Positions 22,411 to 32,039 of a stretch of DNA of 64,000 nt are shown here, piece after piece. The DNA lies in contig CAMYJA010000007.1 in NCBI GenBank assembly GCA_947258705.1, positions 211,695 to 275,694 of the forward strand, in the 5' to 3' direction. Made by a program: the position numbers and the translations under genes. The notes beneath the pieces are model-generated. The model worked only from the letters and a program-made list of their open reading frames with translations, made no database searches and had not been told where the DNA came from. How positions within the stretch are numbered: position 1 is the first letter of the stretch; each line of letters begins with the position of its first letter. The DNA comes from an uncultured Hyphomicrobiaceae bacterium (GTDB taxonomy: Bacteria > Pseudomonadota > Alphaproteobacteria > Rhizobiales > CAMYJA01).

Positions 22411-23301
22411 ATGGAAATGCATCAAATCAGGTATTTTTTGGCAGTTTGCCAAACCCTCAATTTTACGCGTGCTGCAGAAGAATGTAATGTTGCACAGCCG
22501 TCGTTGACCCGCGCGATCAAAAAACTTGAGGCCGAACTTGGAGGCGAGCTTTTTTTGCGCGAACGCGCCCGAACGCATATCTCTGAACTTGGCCGGACGA
22601 TGCAGCCACTCCTTGCCAAGAGCTATGAAAGCGTACTGACGGCAAAGTTGCAGGCTGAACAATATAACAAGGTGGAGATCGCGCATCTCAGGCTTGGAGT
22701 GTCGCGCAGTGTCAATGCCGGCATTCTGATGACCGCACTGAAAGAGCTTAATGCAGCCCTGCCCGAGCTTGAGATACATCTTGTCCGGGGCTGCGCCGAC
22801 GAACTTGAAAAACTTCTCGAGGAGGGTGCGATTGAGCTCGCGATCACGGCAAAGGACGAACCCGATTGGTCGCGCATCGATCACTGGCCGTTGTTTTCGG
22901 AGGATTTCAAGGTGGCGATGAGCGCGGAACACCCATTGGCCAATCAGAGTTCCATCAAGCTCAAACAAATTACCAAAGAGTGCGTCGTCAGGAGGACACA
23001 TTGCGAGCATAGCGCCGCATTCAATGCTTTACTCCGTGCGCACAACTTGTCGATCGAGCATAGCCATGAAACGGCAAACGAGACCGATCACAAAATCATG
23101 CTCCGTAATGGAATGGGAGTGGGTATGGTGCCCAATAGCGTAGCCCCATCCGGCGATGGCATTATCAAACTTCCCTTGGAAGATATCGAGGTGCGGCGCT
23201 CGCTTGTTCTTCTCGCTGTTGCGGGCCGGAAATATTCAGTGCCAGCAGAATTGCTTATCAAGCTGCTCAGATCTTCCGACTGGTCCGACTATGAAAATTG
23301 A
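22411..23301 (+). CDS. LysR family transcriptional regulator
   Basis: N-terminal HTH NFTRAAEECNVAQPSLTRAIKKLEAELG; 296 aa. Confidence 0.95.
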   Translation: MEMHQIRYFLAVCQTLNFTRAAEECNVAQPSLTRAIKKLEAELGGELFLRERARTHISELGRTMQPLLAKSYESVLTAKLQAEQYNKVEIAHLRLGVSRSVNAGILMTALKELNAALPELEIHLVRGCADELEKLLEEGAIELAITAKDEPDWSRIDHWPLFSEDFKVAMSAEHPLANQSSIKLKQITKECVVRRTHCEHSAAFNALLRAHNLSIEHSHETANETDHKIMLRNGMGVGMVPNSVAPSGDGIIKLPLEDIEVRRSLVLLAVAGRKYSVPAELLIKLLRSSDWSDYEN

Positions 23302-23302
23302 G

Positions 23303-24001
23303 TCAGCTTGAGATACTGCCAAGTGCCGCCAGAATATCGTGTGGCGCCATGCGGGTGCGGAAGTCCGGGTGAACGTAATCCGCAATTATTTTTCCGTCCT
23401 GTGCAACGACATATGTGGCCGGCAGCGGCAAGAACATCCCATGATTTCCCTGGTCCGCGCCAAGATCGACGCCGAATTCCAGAAGTGCCTGATGCACAGC
23501 ATCTCCATTTGCCATCATCAATCCGCATGACAAAGCATAGCTGTTATCCATATCGCACAGTATCGCAAATGGCAGGTCAATGGCCTCCCGGAGCCGTTTT
23601 GCAGCAGGAACACGTTGCGGCGTTATCGATACAATTTCCGCGCCGAGGGCTTTAACCTCGTCATGAATGCCGGCAAGCCCCAGAAGCTCCAATTTGCAAT
23701 AGGGGCACCAATAGCCCCTGTTGAAACTTACAACGAGCGGGCCTGAGGCAAGCAGACTGTCAGAATTGACGAGACGCCCGTCAACATCCGGTAAAATGAA
23801 CTGGAGAAGTTTGGAGCCGGTCTTTATGGCATCCGACCCCGCGCCCGAAGATGTCAGCCGTTCCACAAGATCTTTGTACAGCGCGCCGAATTTTGGGAGA
23901 TTTTTATCCTCCCAGCGTGAAAATGCGGCAAGTTTCTCTGCCAGGGTAATGTCGAGGCATCTCAGCGCATCAAAATCGAGTTCCAAGGCTGTATCGCTCA
24001 T
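23303..24001 (-). CDS. Peroxiredoxin-like (AhpC/TSA) protein
   Basis: FNRGYWCPYC and LPLPATYVV motifs; start chosen at MSDTAL. Confidence 0.88.
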   Translation of the reverse strand: MSDTALELDFDALRCLDITLAEKLAAFSRWEDKNLPKFGALYKDLVERLTSSGAGSDAIKTGSKLLQFILPDVDGRLVNSDSLLASGPLVVSFNRGYWCPYCKLELLGLAGIHDEVKALGAEIVSITPQRVPAAKRLREAIDLPFAILCDMDNSYALSCGLMMANGDAVHQALLEFGVDLGADQGNHGMFLPLPATYVVAQDGKIIADYVHPDFRTRMAPHDILAALGSISS

Positions 24002-24172
24002 TTGCGGCCTATTTCCACTTGGGTGCACAACCAAACTTTAGTTGGTCGGCGATTTATGCAGGGTCAAACCTATAAAGCCCGGACGCCGGTGAAGCAATGG
24101 TCCTTTTCGTGGTCAATGGCGAATTACGAGCCAAAGAAATTTCGATGTCGGGCAGCTCTCTCGTCGCGGTAA

Positions 24173-24351
24173 AAATGGTGGGTGCATTGGGGGGCATTGG
24201 GGGCATTGGGGGAGGGCAGCACGATTAAGGGCCATTTACCGCCGGGTGCCGTCTCAGCCCTTTGCGCGAATGGCCTCCGGTTCCGCTCATGATGCAAAAC
24301 CAGCCGATTGAGGTTTTGCGCTGCAAGGGCTGTTCATGACCCAAGGCGGAC
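24173..24351. repeat. ~175-bp direct repeat, copy 2, ending in TGACCCAAGGCGGAC
   Basis: Direct repeat of 20806-20978; its last 15 bp are identical to 45065-45079. Confidence 0.95.
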
Positions 24352-24358
24352 CTTGCTG

Positions 24359-24697
24359 TCATTTCTCCACGAGCTTCTGAAGTCGTCCAATCGCATCATC
24401 CCATTGCTGCGACGCCCGTTCGAGATAGCGCTTTGCCTCGCCCAACCTGTTTGACTGGAGAGTGAAGCGAATTTCCCGCCCCACGCGTTCGCTTGTGACG
24501 AGGCGGGTTTGCTCCAAGATCGTCAGATGCTTGGTCACGCCCTGTCGGGAAAGTCCCATGCCACGTGTCAATTGCACAATCGATTGTGGTTGTCCGTTGG
24601 CGAGGCGCGCCAACAGCGCCAGGCGCTTTCTGTCGCCGAGAGCTGCGAACACTGGCGCGGCGGTGGTTGCGTTGAGTTCACGAGTGCGACGTGACAT
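24359..24697 (-). CDS. ArsR/SmtB family transcriptional regulator
   Basis: FAALGDRKR, LSRQGVTKHLTILE and RVGRE motifs. Confidence 0.92.
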   Translation of the reverse strand: MSRRTRELNATTAAPVFAALGDRKRLALLARLANGQPQSIVQLTRGMGLSRQGVTKHLTILEQTRLVTSERVGREIRFTLQSNRLGEAKRYLERASQQWDDAIGRLQKLVEK

Positions 24698-25130
24698 GGG
24701 CGGTAATGTTGTTTGCTTGAATGTCCCAGCCTTGGGTATTGCCACGCAGAACTTTAAGGCGACGAGGTTCAGGTAGCGCTTCGAAACCGCTTTCGGTGAT
24801 GGTCAAACGAGTTCCATCACTCGTTGGTTCAAGACGAAACTCGACGAGTGTCATTGGCTGTTCGGAAATATCAACACCCAGGTCTTCATCGAAGTCGTGC
24901 CATCTGAATGACAGAAACTCTTCAGGATCCAAACGCTCAACCACTGCTCGCCAAGGAAGGTGTTCGCAGCCCGGATAGGTCATCATGCCGGTGGACACGA
25001 CGCCAGGTTCGAAGGGTCCGTCTAACTTGACGCGGAACCATTGCCCAAACTCCAGGGGATCGGATAAGGCGCGCCAAACCCGAGCAACTGGCGCCGCCAA
25101 TTCGATTGTCTTGACGATACGATCGGCCAT
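24678..25130 (-). CDS. SRPBCC / AHSA1-like domain protein
   Basis: APVARVWRAL, TLVEFRLE...GTRLTITESGF and GW motifs; paired with ArsR. Confidence 0.92.
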   Translation of the reverse strand: MADRIVKTIELAAPVARVWRALSDPLEFGQWFRVKLDGPFEPGVVSTGMMTYPGCEHLPWRAVVERLDPEEFLSFRWHDFDEDLGVDISEQPMTLVEFRLEPTSDGTRLTITESGFEALPEPRRLKVLRGNTQGWDIQANNITAHVTSHS

Positions 25131-25134
25131 AAGA

Positions 25135-25195
25135 GCGACCTCTTGGTTGCTCATTACAGTATAATGTTGTTGGCAAATAGCAACCATAAGGTTGT
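25135..25195. promoter_or_regulatory. Two palindromic operators GC(A/G)ACC-N4-GGTTG(C/T), probably bound by the ArsR protein
   Basis: GCGACC-TCTT-GGTTGC at 25135-25150 and GCAACC-ATAA-GGTTGT at 25180-25195, directly upstream of the SRPBCC-arsR pair. Confidence 0.65.
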
Positions 25196-25206
25196 GCTTT
25201 AAAAGC

Positions 25207-25273
25207 GTCTCTTATTGGCCCATCGCGTCGATGTCACAAATCGGGGTCAGGGCAGCTTTTGCCAACAGCGGAC
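25207..25273. repeat. Right-boundary palindrome-family site
   Basis: Shares TTGGCCCA...AGCTTTTG...AACAGCGGA with 50560-50619. Confidence 0.7.
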
Positions 25274-25554
25274 GTAGACAGCTTGTAGCGGTGCACTTCG
25301 CTAATTTCCGCTCCTGTATAACTTCCGCCGAACGTCTCGTCGCCGGCAACCGTGATGCCATCTTCCCCTCCGGATCGACTGTCACCGTCTCCTCTGTCTC
25401 GCGACCTGCCGTTTTCCTGTGCGAAAGCTGCCGCCGGTTTACTTGTAAGCCCGGAACGAAAAATGCCGCGAACTCCGTTCCGAAGCCGCGGCATTAGCCG
25501 TTTCATGAACTGTCTCATGCGGTCGGCCGGGGCCGGATGCGCATGATTTGCGTA

Positions 25555-27297
25555 CTAATAGGTGTCGCCGAATATGGCCTGGAACAGGGTCTGCGGTTTG
25601 CGCCGCGTTCTTTGTGTAACCCGCACGTCGTCCACTTCGCGTTGGGCCTCAATGGCGATCAAATGCGCTTTGCCGTTAAGCGCGCCCGAGATGCGCCGGT
25701 CATGTCCGTAATAATCCCGGTAGGTCCGAAGCTCGCCCTTGTCGTCCACATGCGCCGTCATGTAGGTGATGTGCACGGGCACCTTGTTGTTGAACTCCAC
25801 GCTGTGGTTTGCGCCGGCTGCAAGAATCCTCTGGATTCGCCCCGGTCCCCAGCCCTTGTCGTGCTTGAGCAGGAGTTCGGCAAATTTGCGCGGGTTTTGC
25901 ACACGGATGCAACCGTGGCTGTAGGTGCGTACGTTCTGCGAGAAATGCTGCTTCGAGGATGTGTCGTGCATGTAGACCGCATGCTTGTTCGGGAACATGA
26001 ACTTCATATTGCCGAGAACATTGCTGCGGCCAGGCGGCTGATAAAAATGATATTGCTTCAGATCGGCATAGCTCCAGTTGACATATGACGGATCGATGGG
26101 GCGGCCGCGATATTTAACGCGGAGATTGTGACGCCTGAGGACGCCCGTGCTGCGCCGCAGGCTCGGCCAGATCTCCTTGTATTTGATCGATGGCGGGACA
26201 TTCCAGAAGGGATGAAAAACAATCCGCTCCATTTCGTCCGAAAAAATCGGCGTCTTGTTCTTGAGTTTTCCGACGACCACCCGTTCGGAATGAACGGGCT
26301 TGCCATTTTTCATGACGCGGAATCTGAATTCTGGAACGTTGACCTGAACATGAAGCTTGCCCATGTCCTCGGGCAACCAGCGCCAGCGTTCCATATTCAC
26401 CAATATGAGCTGGGTCCGGCTTCGGTTATTGGCATTCATTGCGCGCCGGGTACTGGGTCCAACAATGCCGTCGGGCTTCAGGCCATGTTTATTCTGGAAT
26501 GCGCGTACCGCATCTTCCAGGGCCGAGTCGTAGATTCTGGGGTTGAAGCGTTCCGCGCCGTATTCGTTTTTCGGCTGATCGACGCCGAGGCGTTGGCGTA
26601 GCAATTCGACATTGCGGTGGAGGTGTCCGGGCTTGAGGACCGGGCCCGACGGGATGTGTACAAGTCTCTGGGTGTCGTCTTTGAGGCGCAGTTCGAGAAA
26701 CTTCTGGCGCAGACGTTCGAATTGCTCATGTTTCGGATGCAGGTCCCTAAGAAAGGCCGCCTTGTCATCCGCCGCGTCAAACCGGTCCAGCACCTCGATT
26801 GGATCCGGCAGCGTCGGTCCGCGGTCGATCATTCTCGACAGCTTTCTCGGATCGAAGCGTCCGCCCTTTGCGAAACGCGCATATTTAAGCATGTTGAGGC
26901 TGAGCTGTTTCTCGGTCGCAATGCGCTGGTCCCGGGTCATGCCGCTTTCGGAGGCCGCAATTGACGGAAGGTCGAACTTGTTCGCTTCCAGGCCGTAATC
27001 GTCCGCCTGACTAATCTCCCGGATGATATCACGGGCGGCTTTGGTCAGCCCATTGTCCGTGGTCCAGTATGGCGCATTGTCACGCTTGTCATAAAACGCG
27101 CTCAAGGCTGCATATTCGAGTTTTTCCCTATCGTTCAGGCGCTTGTCGGCACGGTTGAGCTGATGACGGATCGACAATCCTATGGACTGCTCGGCATCCA
27201 GCATTTCTGCGGGTGCGGCGGGCTCAATCGACCAGGCAGGCGATAGCGCTGCGAAAAATATCGTCAAAGCTGACGCGGAACCGAGAATTTTCAACAT
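25555..27297 (-). CDS. L,D-transpeptidase (YcbB/LdtD family) with peptidoglycan-binding domain
   Basis: FQ.KHGL.PDGIVGP.T, NMERWRWLP, VYMHDT and SHGCIRV motifs. Confidence 0.93.
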   Translation of the reverse strand: MLKILGSASALTIFFAALSPAWSIEPAAPAEMLDAEQSIGLSIRHQLNRADKRLNDREKLEYAALSAFYDKRDNAPYWTTDNGLTKAARDIIREISQADDYGLEANKFDLPSIAASESGMTRDQRIATEKQLSLNMLKYARFAKGGRFDPRKLSRMIDRGPTLPDPIEVLDRFDAADDKAAFLRDLHPKHEQFERLRQKFLELRLKDDTQRLVHIPSGPVLKPGHLHRNVELLRQRLGVDQPKNEYGAERFNPRIYDSALEDAVRAFQNKHGLKPDGIVGPSTRRAMNANNRSRTQLILVNMERWRWLPEDMGKLHVQVNVPEFRFRVMKNGKPVHSERVVVGKLKNKTPIFSDEMERIVFHPFWNVPPSIKYKEIWPSLRRSTGVLRRHNLRVKYRGRPIDPSYVNWSYADLKQYHFYQPPGRSNVLGNMKFMFPNKHAVYMHDTSSKQHFSQNVRTYSHGCIRVQNPRKFAELLLKHDKGWGPGRIQRILAAGANHSVEFNNKVPVHITYMTAHVDDKGELRTYRDYYGHDRRISGALNGKAHLIAIEAQREVDDVRVTQRTRRKPQTLFQAIFGDTY

Positions 27298-27556
27298 GTT
27301 TTGCACCTTTTCGAATTGTGTGCACGCTAACGTAAAAGACATCGCTATATCCAGCATTGTTTGCGAAATTCCAAGGTATCCGCATGAGTTTTCAACATAG
27401 TGTTGCCATTCTGCAATTGGTAGGTTGGTACTGCAACTATTTTAAGCTGCATATACTGCTTATTGCGCGAAAGGTGGGCCCAGCAAAATGCTGGGCCCTG
27501 CGCGATTCCGACGGATGCAGAGGATTGTCGGGGGGACATGGCAATCTTCGTGGCGG

Positions 27557-29065
27557 CTAGTTGAGCCGCGCTTCCAGTCCGAACTCGCGCATTTTTCTGT
27601 ATAGTGTCGAACGGCCAATGCCCAGCCGCTTTGCCACTTCGGTCATGTGACCGCGATATTTGCCCAATGCCAGACGGATCATGTCGGCCTCGATGGCGTC
27701 GAGGGGGCGAATTTCGCCGCCAGTGGTCATTGCCGGTATGCCGAGCACTTGGTCGCTGGCATCATTCGAAACCTCGATGGTGTGCGGAATGGTGCTCTCG
27801 TCGCCGATGATCGCCGGCCCTTCATGCGTCTGCACGTCGCTGGCCGGGGAGGGGGCGGGCGGTACGCTCGCTTCAAAACCATCCACATGCGCCGCGATCT
27901 GCGGAAAATCGTCGATGGTCAGCACGGCGTCGTCGGCCAGAACGACGGCACGGAAAATCGTGTTCTCGAGCTGGCGTATATTGCCCGGCCAGTTATAGGC
28001 TTTCAGCAGCCTCAGGGCCTCGGGATCGATACCGTCAATTTTCTTGCCTTCCTCGGCGGCGAAGCAGGTGATGAAATAATCGACGAGTTCGTCAATCTCG
28101 TCCATTCGGTTGCGCAGGGGCGGAACCTGGACAGGGAAGACGTTCAAACGGTAATACAGGTCTTCGCGGAATTTGCCGTCCTTGACGAGTTCGATCATGT
28201 CGCGATTGGTCGCCGATATCAGGCGGATATCGACCTTGACCGGGCGCTTCGATCCGACCGGATCGATTTCGCCTTCCTGTAATGCGCGAAGCAGCTTGAC
28301 CTGCGCGGGCAGGGGAAGTTCGCCGACCTCATCGAGAAACAGCGTGCCTCCGTCGGCCTCGAGGAATTTGCCCTTGCGTTTGTCGACAGCGCCCGTGAAG
28401 GAGCCCTTTTCATGGCCGAACAAAATGCTCTCGACCAGATTTTCGGGGATGGCGCCGCAATTCACGGTAATGAAGGGTCCGCCCGCCCGGTCGCTTTCGC
28501 CCTGGATGGCGCGCGCGATCAGTTCCTTGCCGACGCCGCTTTCGCCCTCGACCAGAACCGGAATATTGGAAACCGCCGCCCGCTTGCCGATGCTCGCCAC
28601 CCGGGTCATCTCCTCGCAGCGGATGATCATGTCGTCGAAGGTCATCGTTCCGCTGACCTTGCGCTTGATCCGGGTGATTTCACCCTGAAGGCTGTCGATC
28701 TTGAGTGCGTTCTTTAAAGAGACTTCAAGCCTTTCGGGGCTGACCGGTTTGATCACGAAGTCGACCGCGCCAGATCGCATGGCGTCAATCGCAGTGTCGA
28801 TGCTGCCATTCGCCGTCTGGACGATTGTCGGGGGTGCCGAGGGATTGTGACGGATGCGTTCGAGCACTTCCTGCCCGGACATGCCCGGCATGACCAGGTC
28901 GAGAAGCATCACCGCAATATCATTATTGTCGGATTGTTCCAGACTCTGGATGGCTTCTTCACCGTCGGATGCGGTGCAGGTCTGGTAGCCCAGCCGCTTG
29001 ATCGTCTCTTCGAGGATGCGACGTTGGGTGGGATCGTCATCGACGATCAGAATACGCTTGGACAT
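27557..29065 (-). CDS. Sigma54-dependent response regulator (REC-AAA-Fis HTH)
   Basis: ILIVDDD, GESGVGKE, GSFTGA, WPGNIRQLEN and LGIGRSTLYRK motifs. Confidence 0.95.
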   Translation of the reverse strand: MSKRILIVDDDPTQRRILEETIKRLGYQTCTASDGEEAIQSLEQSDNNDIAVMLLDLVMPGMSGQEVLERIRHNPSAPPTIVQTANGSIDTAIDAMRSGAVDFVIKPVSPERLEVSLKNALKIDSLQGEITRIKRKVSGTMTFDDMIIRCEEMTRVASIGKRAAVSNIPVLVEGESGVGKELIARAIQGESDRAGGPFITVNCGAIPENLVESILFGHEKGSFTGAVDKRKGKFLEADGGTLFLDEVGELPLPAQVKLLRALQEGEIDPVGSKRPVKVDIRLISATNRDMIELVKDGKFREDLYYRLNVFPVQVPPLRNRMDEIDELVDYFITCFAAEEGKKIDGIDPEALRLLKAYNWPGNIRQLENTIFRAVVLADDAVLTIDDFPQIAAHVDGFEASVPPAPSPASDVQTHEGPAIIGDESTIPHTIEVSNDASDQVLGIPAMTTGGEIRPLDAIEADMIRLALGKYRGHMTEVAKRLGIGRSTLYRKMREFGLEARLN

Positions 29066-29377
29066 TACGCGAACTCAACTTTACTCTTGACTTGGTTACA
29101 AACTCAAACTGATCGAGGCCATCATGATGCGGTCCCGAAAATTACGTGCCCGTACGGGTTAATGTTCCGTCTCGAACTGCATCAATCCTGACGCGGAAGG
29201 GTAAACAAGATGTTTATGAGAGTCCTTTTCCAGAAAATTTGTTTCATTTTCGGATTAAGAAGGGAGCAAATTCCGCTATATTTAAGGGCTGCATTGAATT
29301 AATGATGCCGTAAATTTATTTTTCCGATCGGCTGATATTCCGGTTTTGAACGAGATTGATCGAAGAAAGGGCGACGC

Positions 29378-31213
29378 ATGAAGCTGGGTGAGTGGACGGG
29401 ATGCCGTTTCGACAAGGACGACCAGACGGGCGGCAGCACCGCACTCGGCGAGATGCCGGAATGGAATCTGGCGGATCTTTACCCATCGCATACATCGGAC
29501 GAGTTGAAGAAGGACCTCGACAGGGCGGCTGAAGACGCGCGCGATATCGCACGTGATTTTCAAGGAAAAATTACCGCAGCCGCCGGGGAACCGGATCGTT
29601 TGCTGGATGCCGTCAGGCGCTTTGAGGCGCTTCAGGACCGCCTCGGCCGCATCGCGTCCTTTGCCGGCCTGCTTTACGCGGCGGACACTTCCGATCCGGA
29701 GCGCTCGAAGTTTTATGGCGACATTCAGGAAAAGCTGACCAACATCACGTCGGTCATCCTGTTTTTTCCGCTCGAGATCAACAATGTCCCCGACGATGTT
29801 CTCGAGACGGCGCTCGCGCATAAGGATCTGGCGCGGTACAGGCCGTGGTTTGAAGATCTTCGCAAGGAGAAGCCCTATCAGCTCATCGATGAGCTCGAGC
29901 GGCTGTTCCACGAAAAGTCGGTGACGGGCCGGGGCGCCTGGAACCGCCTCTTCAACGAGACCATGACCTCCTTGCGCTTCGATATCGAGGGCGAGGAGCA
30001 CGCCATTGAACCGGCGCTTAATTTTCTCGCCTCCAGGGACGAGGAAAAGCGGCGCGCCGGATCGGAAGCCTTGTCGAAAGTGTTCGGAGAGAATATTAGG
30101 CTCTTTACTCTGATCACCAACACGCTGGCAAAAGACAAGGAGATTTCCGACCGGTGGCGGAAGTTCGAGGATGTCGCCGATTCGCGCCATCTGGCGAACC
30201 GGGTCGAAGGCGAGGTGGTGGACGCTCTGGTCAAGACCGTGCGCCAGCATTATCCCTCGATTTCACATCGGTATTATGCGCTCAAGGCAAAATGGTTCGG
30301 CAAGGACGCGCTCGCCCATTGGGACAGAAACGCGCCGCTTCCGAAACTGCCCGAGCGGAATTTCAGCTGGGCCGAGGCCCGGAGTACCGTTCTTGATGCC
30401 TATTCCGAGTTTTCGCCTGAAATGTCAGAGATTGCGGGCCGGTTTTTCGAGCGTTCATGGATTGATGCTCCCGTGCGCGAGGGCAAGTCGCCCGGCGCCT
30501 TTTCGCATCCGACGGTGCCGAGCGCCCATCCCTATATCATGCTCAACTATCAGGGGCGGCCGCGGGACGTGATGACGCTGGCGCATGAGCTCGGACATGG
30601 CGTGCATCAGGTGCTCGCCAATGTTCAGGGGCCGCTGATGGCGCCGACCCCGCTGACCCTGGCCGAGACGGCCAGCGTGTTTGGTGAAATGCTGACATTT
30701 AAGGCCCTGCTCAAGCGCACCACAGAAACGTCAGCGCGCAAGGCCCTGCTCGCCTCGAAAGTCGAGGACATGATCAATACAGTGGTGCGGCAGATCGCGT
30801 TTTACACCTTCGAACGCAAGGTTCATACCGCGCGCCGGGAGGGTGAGCTCACCTCCGACCAGATCAATCGTTTATGGCTCGATGTGCAGAGCGAGAGTCT
30901 CGGCTCGGCGGTGACGCTCGGCGAGGGTTATGAATATTTCTGGTGTTATGTGCCGCATTTCATTCACTCGCCCTTCTACGTCTATTCCTACGCTTTCGGC
31001 GAATGTCTGGTGAATTCCCTTTATGCCGTTTATGAAAATGCCGAAGAGGGATTTTCCCGAAAATATCTCGACATGCTGCGCGCGGGCGGCACCAAGCATC
31101 ATAGCGAGCTTCTGGCGCCCTTCGGTCTTGATGCGTCCAATCCCGATTTCTGGGCGCGCGGGCTGGGCGTGATCAGCGCGCTTATCGACGAGCTTGAAGA
31201 GATGGACGCCTAG
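29378..31213 (+). CDS. M3 family oligoendopeptidase F
   Basis: TLAHELGHGVH, AETASVFGE and FYVYSYAFG motifs. Confidence 0.95.
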   Translation: MKLGEWTGCRFDKDDQTGGSTALGEMPEWNLADLYPSHTSDELKKDLDRAAEDARDIARDFQGKITAAAGEPDRLLDAVRRFEALQDRLGRIASFAGLLYAADTSDPERSKFYGDIQEKLTNITSVILFFPLEINNVPDDVLETALAHKDLARYRPWFEDLRKEKPYQLIDELERLFHEKSVTGRGAWNRLFNETMTSLRFDIEGEEHAIEPALNFLASRDEEKRRAGSEALSKVFGENIRLFTLITNTLAKDKEISDRWRKFEDVADSRHLANRVEGEVVDALVKTVRQHYPSISHRYYALKAKWFGKDALAHWDRNAPLPKLPERNFSWAEARSTVLDAYSEFSPEMSEIAGRFFERSWIDAPVREGKSPGAFSHPTVPSAHPYIMLNYQGRPRDVMTLAHELGHGVHQVLANVQGPLMAPTPLTLAETASVFGEMLTFKALLKRTTETSARKALLASKVEDMINTVVRQIAFYTFERKVHTARREGELTSDQINRLWLDVQSESLGSAVTLGEGYEYFWCYVPHFIHSPFYVYSYAFGECLVNSLYAVYENAEEGFSRKYLDMLRAGGTKHHSELLAPFGLDASNPDFWARGLGVISALIDELEEMDA

Positions 31214-31314
31214 CTCATTCAACCTAAGGCCGCGGGATTACGGATCCCGTTCTCCATGAAATTTCACCATCGCCTTTCGTGCGCCCGCCTCGGCCGCCTT
31301 GCTATGGCCCGTGC

Positions 31315-31923
31315 CTATTTGCGGTAGCGCTTGAGATAGGCGTTGATGATGCGGATCATGGCGTCCTCGATTTCATCGCTGGTGTTGACCCATTTGCGCA
31401 CCGGCCAGCTCAGGACACGTGTTGCCCGCGTCGGCGCCGCCATTCCGGGGGTGGCCTCGATGGCCCTTCCGTCCTTGAAAATTACCCGTGGCCGGAATGA
31501 AAACGCGATCGGGAAAGCGCGCTTTGTTGTTTCGATGGTGCAGTTTACCGGTTGCGGCGGCGGCTCGAAAATATGGTCGGGGGTGTCGATGGCTTCGGTA
31601 ACCAGACGGCGTGCGATGCTGACAACCATGTTGCAATGGGCGTCGATCAGGACGCCGCGGGTCAGCTCCCGGACCTTTTTCAGCTCGATCGGCGTCATGC
31701 GCACGGGGAAATCGCAGTCGATGGTATCGGCCCTGCCCTCCGTCAACTGCCAGAAACAGTCTCTTTCGATCCTGTTTTCCGCCTCTTCAGCCGCGGAAGC
31801 GGGTGCTGCGGGCAGGACGGCATTGAGCGTCAGCGAAGCCGCCAATACGCAAACGGGGATCCATCTCGGAGGGGTGGGCTGCATGTTTCTCATCACGATA
31901 TTTCCGAAACCATGTGGTGTCAC
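31315..31923 (-). CDS. Hypothetical exported protein
   Basis: Signal-like segment ending PASA; four Cys in the mature part; start uncertain. Confidence 0.65.
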   Translation of the reverse strand: MTPHGFGNIVMRNMQPTPPRWIPVCVLAASLTLNAVLPAAPASAAEEAENRIERDCFWQLTEGRADTIDCDFPVRMTPIELKKVRELTRGVLIDAHCNMVVSIARRLVTEAIDTPDHIFEPPPQPVNCTIETTKRAFPIAFSFRPRVIFKDGRAIEATPGMAAPTRATRVLSWPVRKWVNTSDEIEDAMIRIINAYLKRYRK

Positions 31924-32039
31924 GGGATTGGGACAGGATTGAGATGAACCATGGTGTTGATTTTGCGATACTGCGTGTTATAGAAACCCAAACAATCGGA
32001 AAACTACAGACAAAACTGCAGAATTGAAAAGGAAGCATA

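Noticed and set aside
20806-24351. Direct repeats as tRNA-derived attL/attR or composite-transposon IS ends
   Set aside because: There is no cloverleaf or T-loop/CCA signature, no transposase, and no terminal inverted repeats.
24281-24351. Canonical integron attC site
   Set aside because: It lacks RYYYAAC/GTTRRRY ends, and the recombinase is too short to be an IntI; kept only as an analogy.
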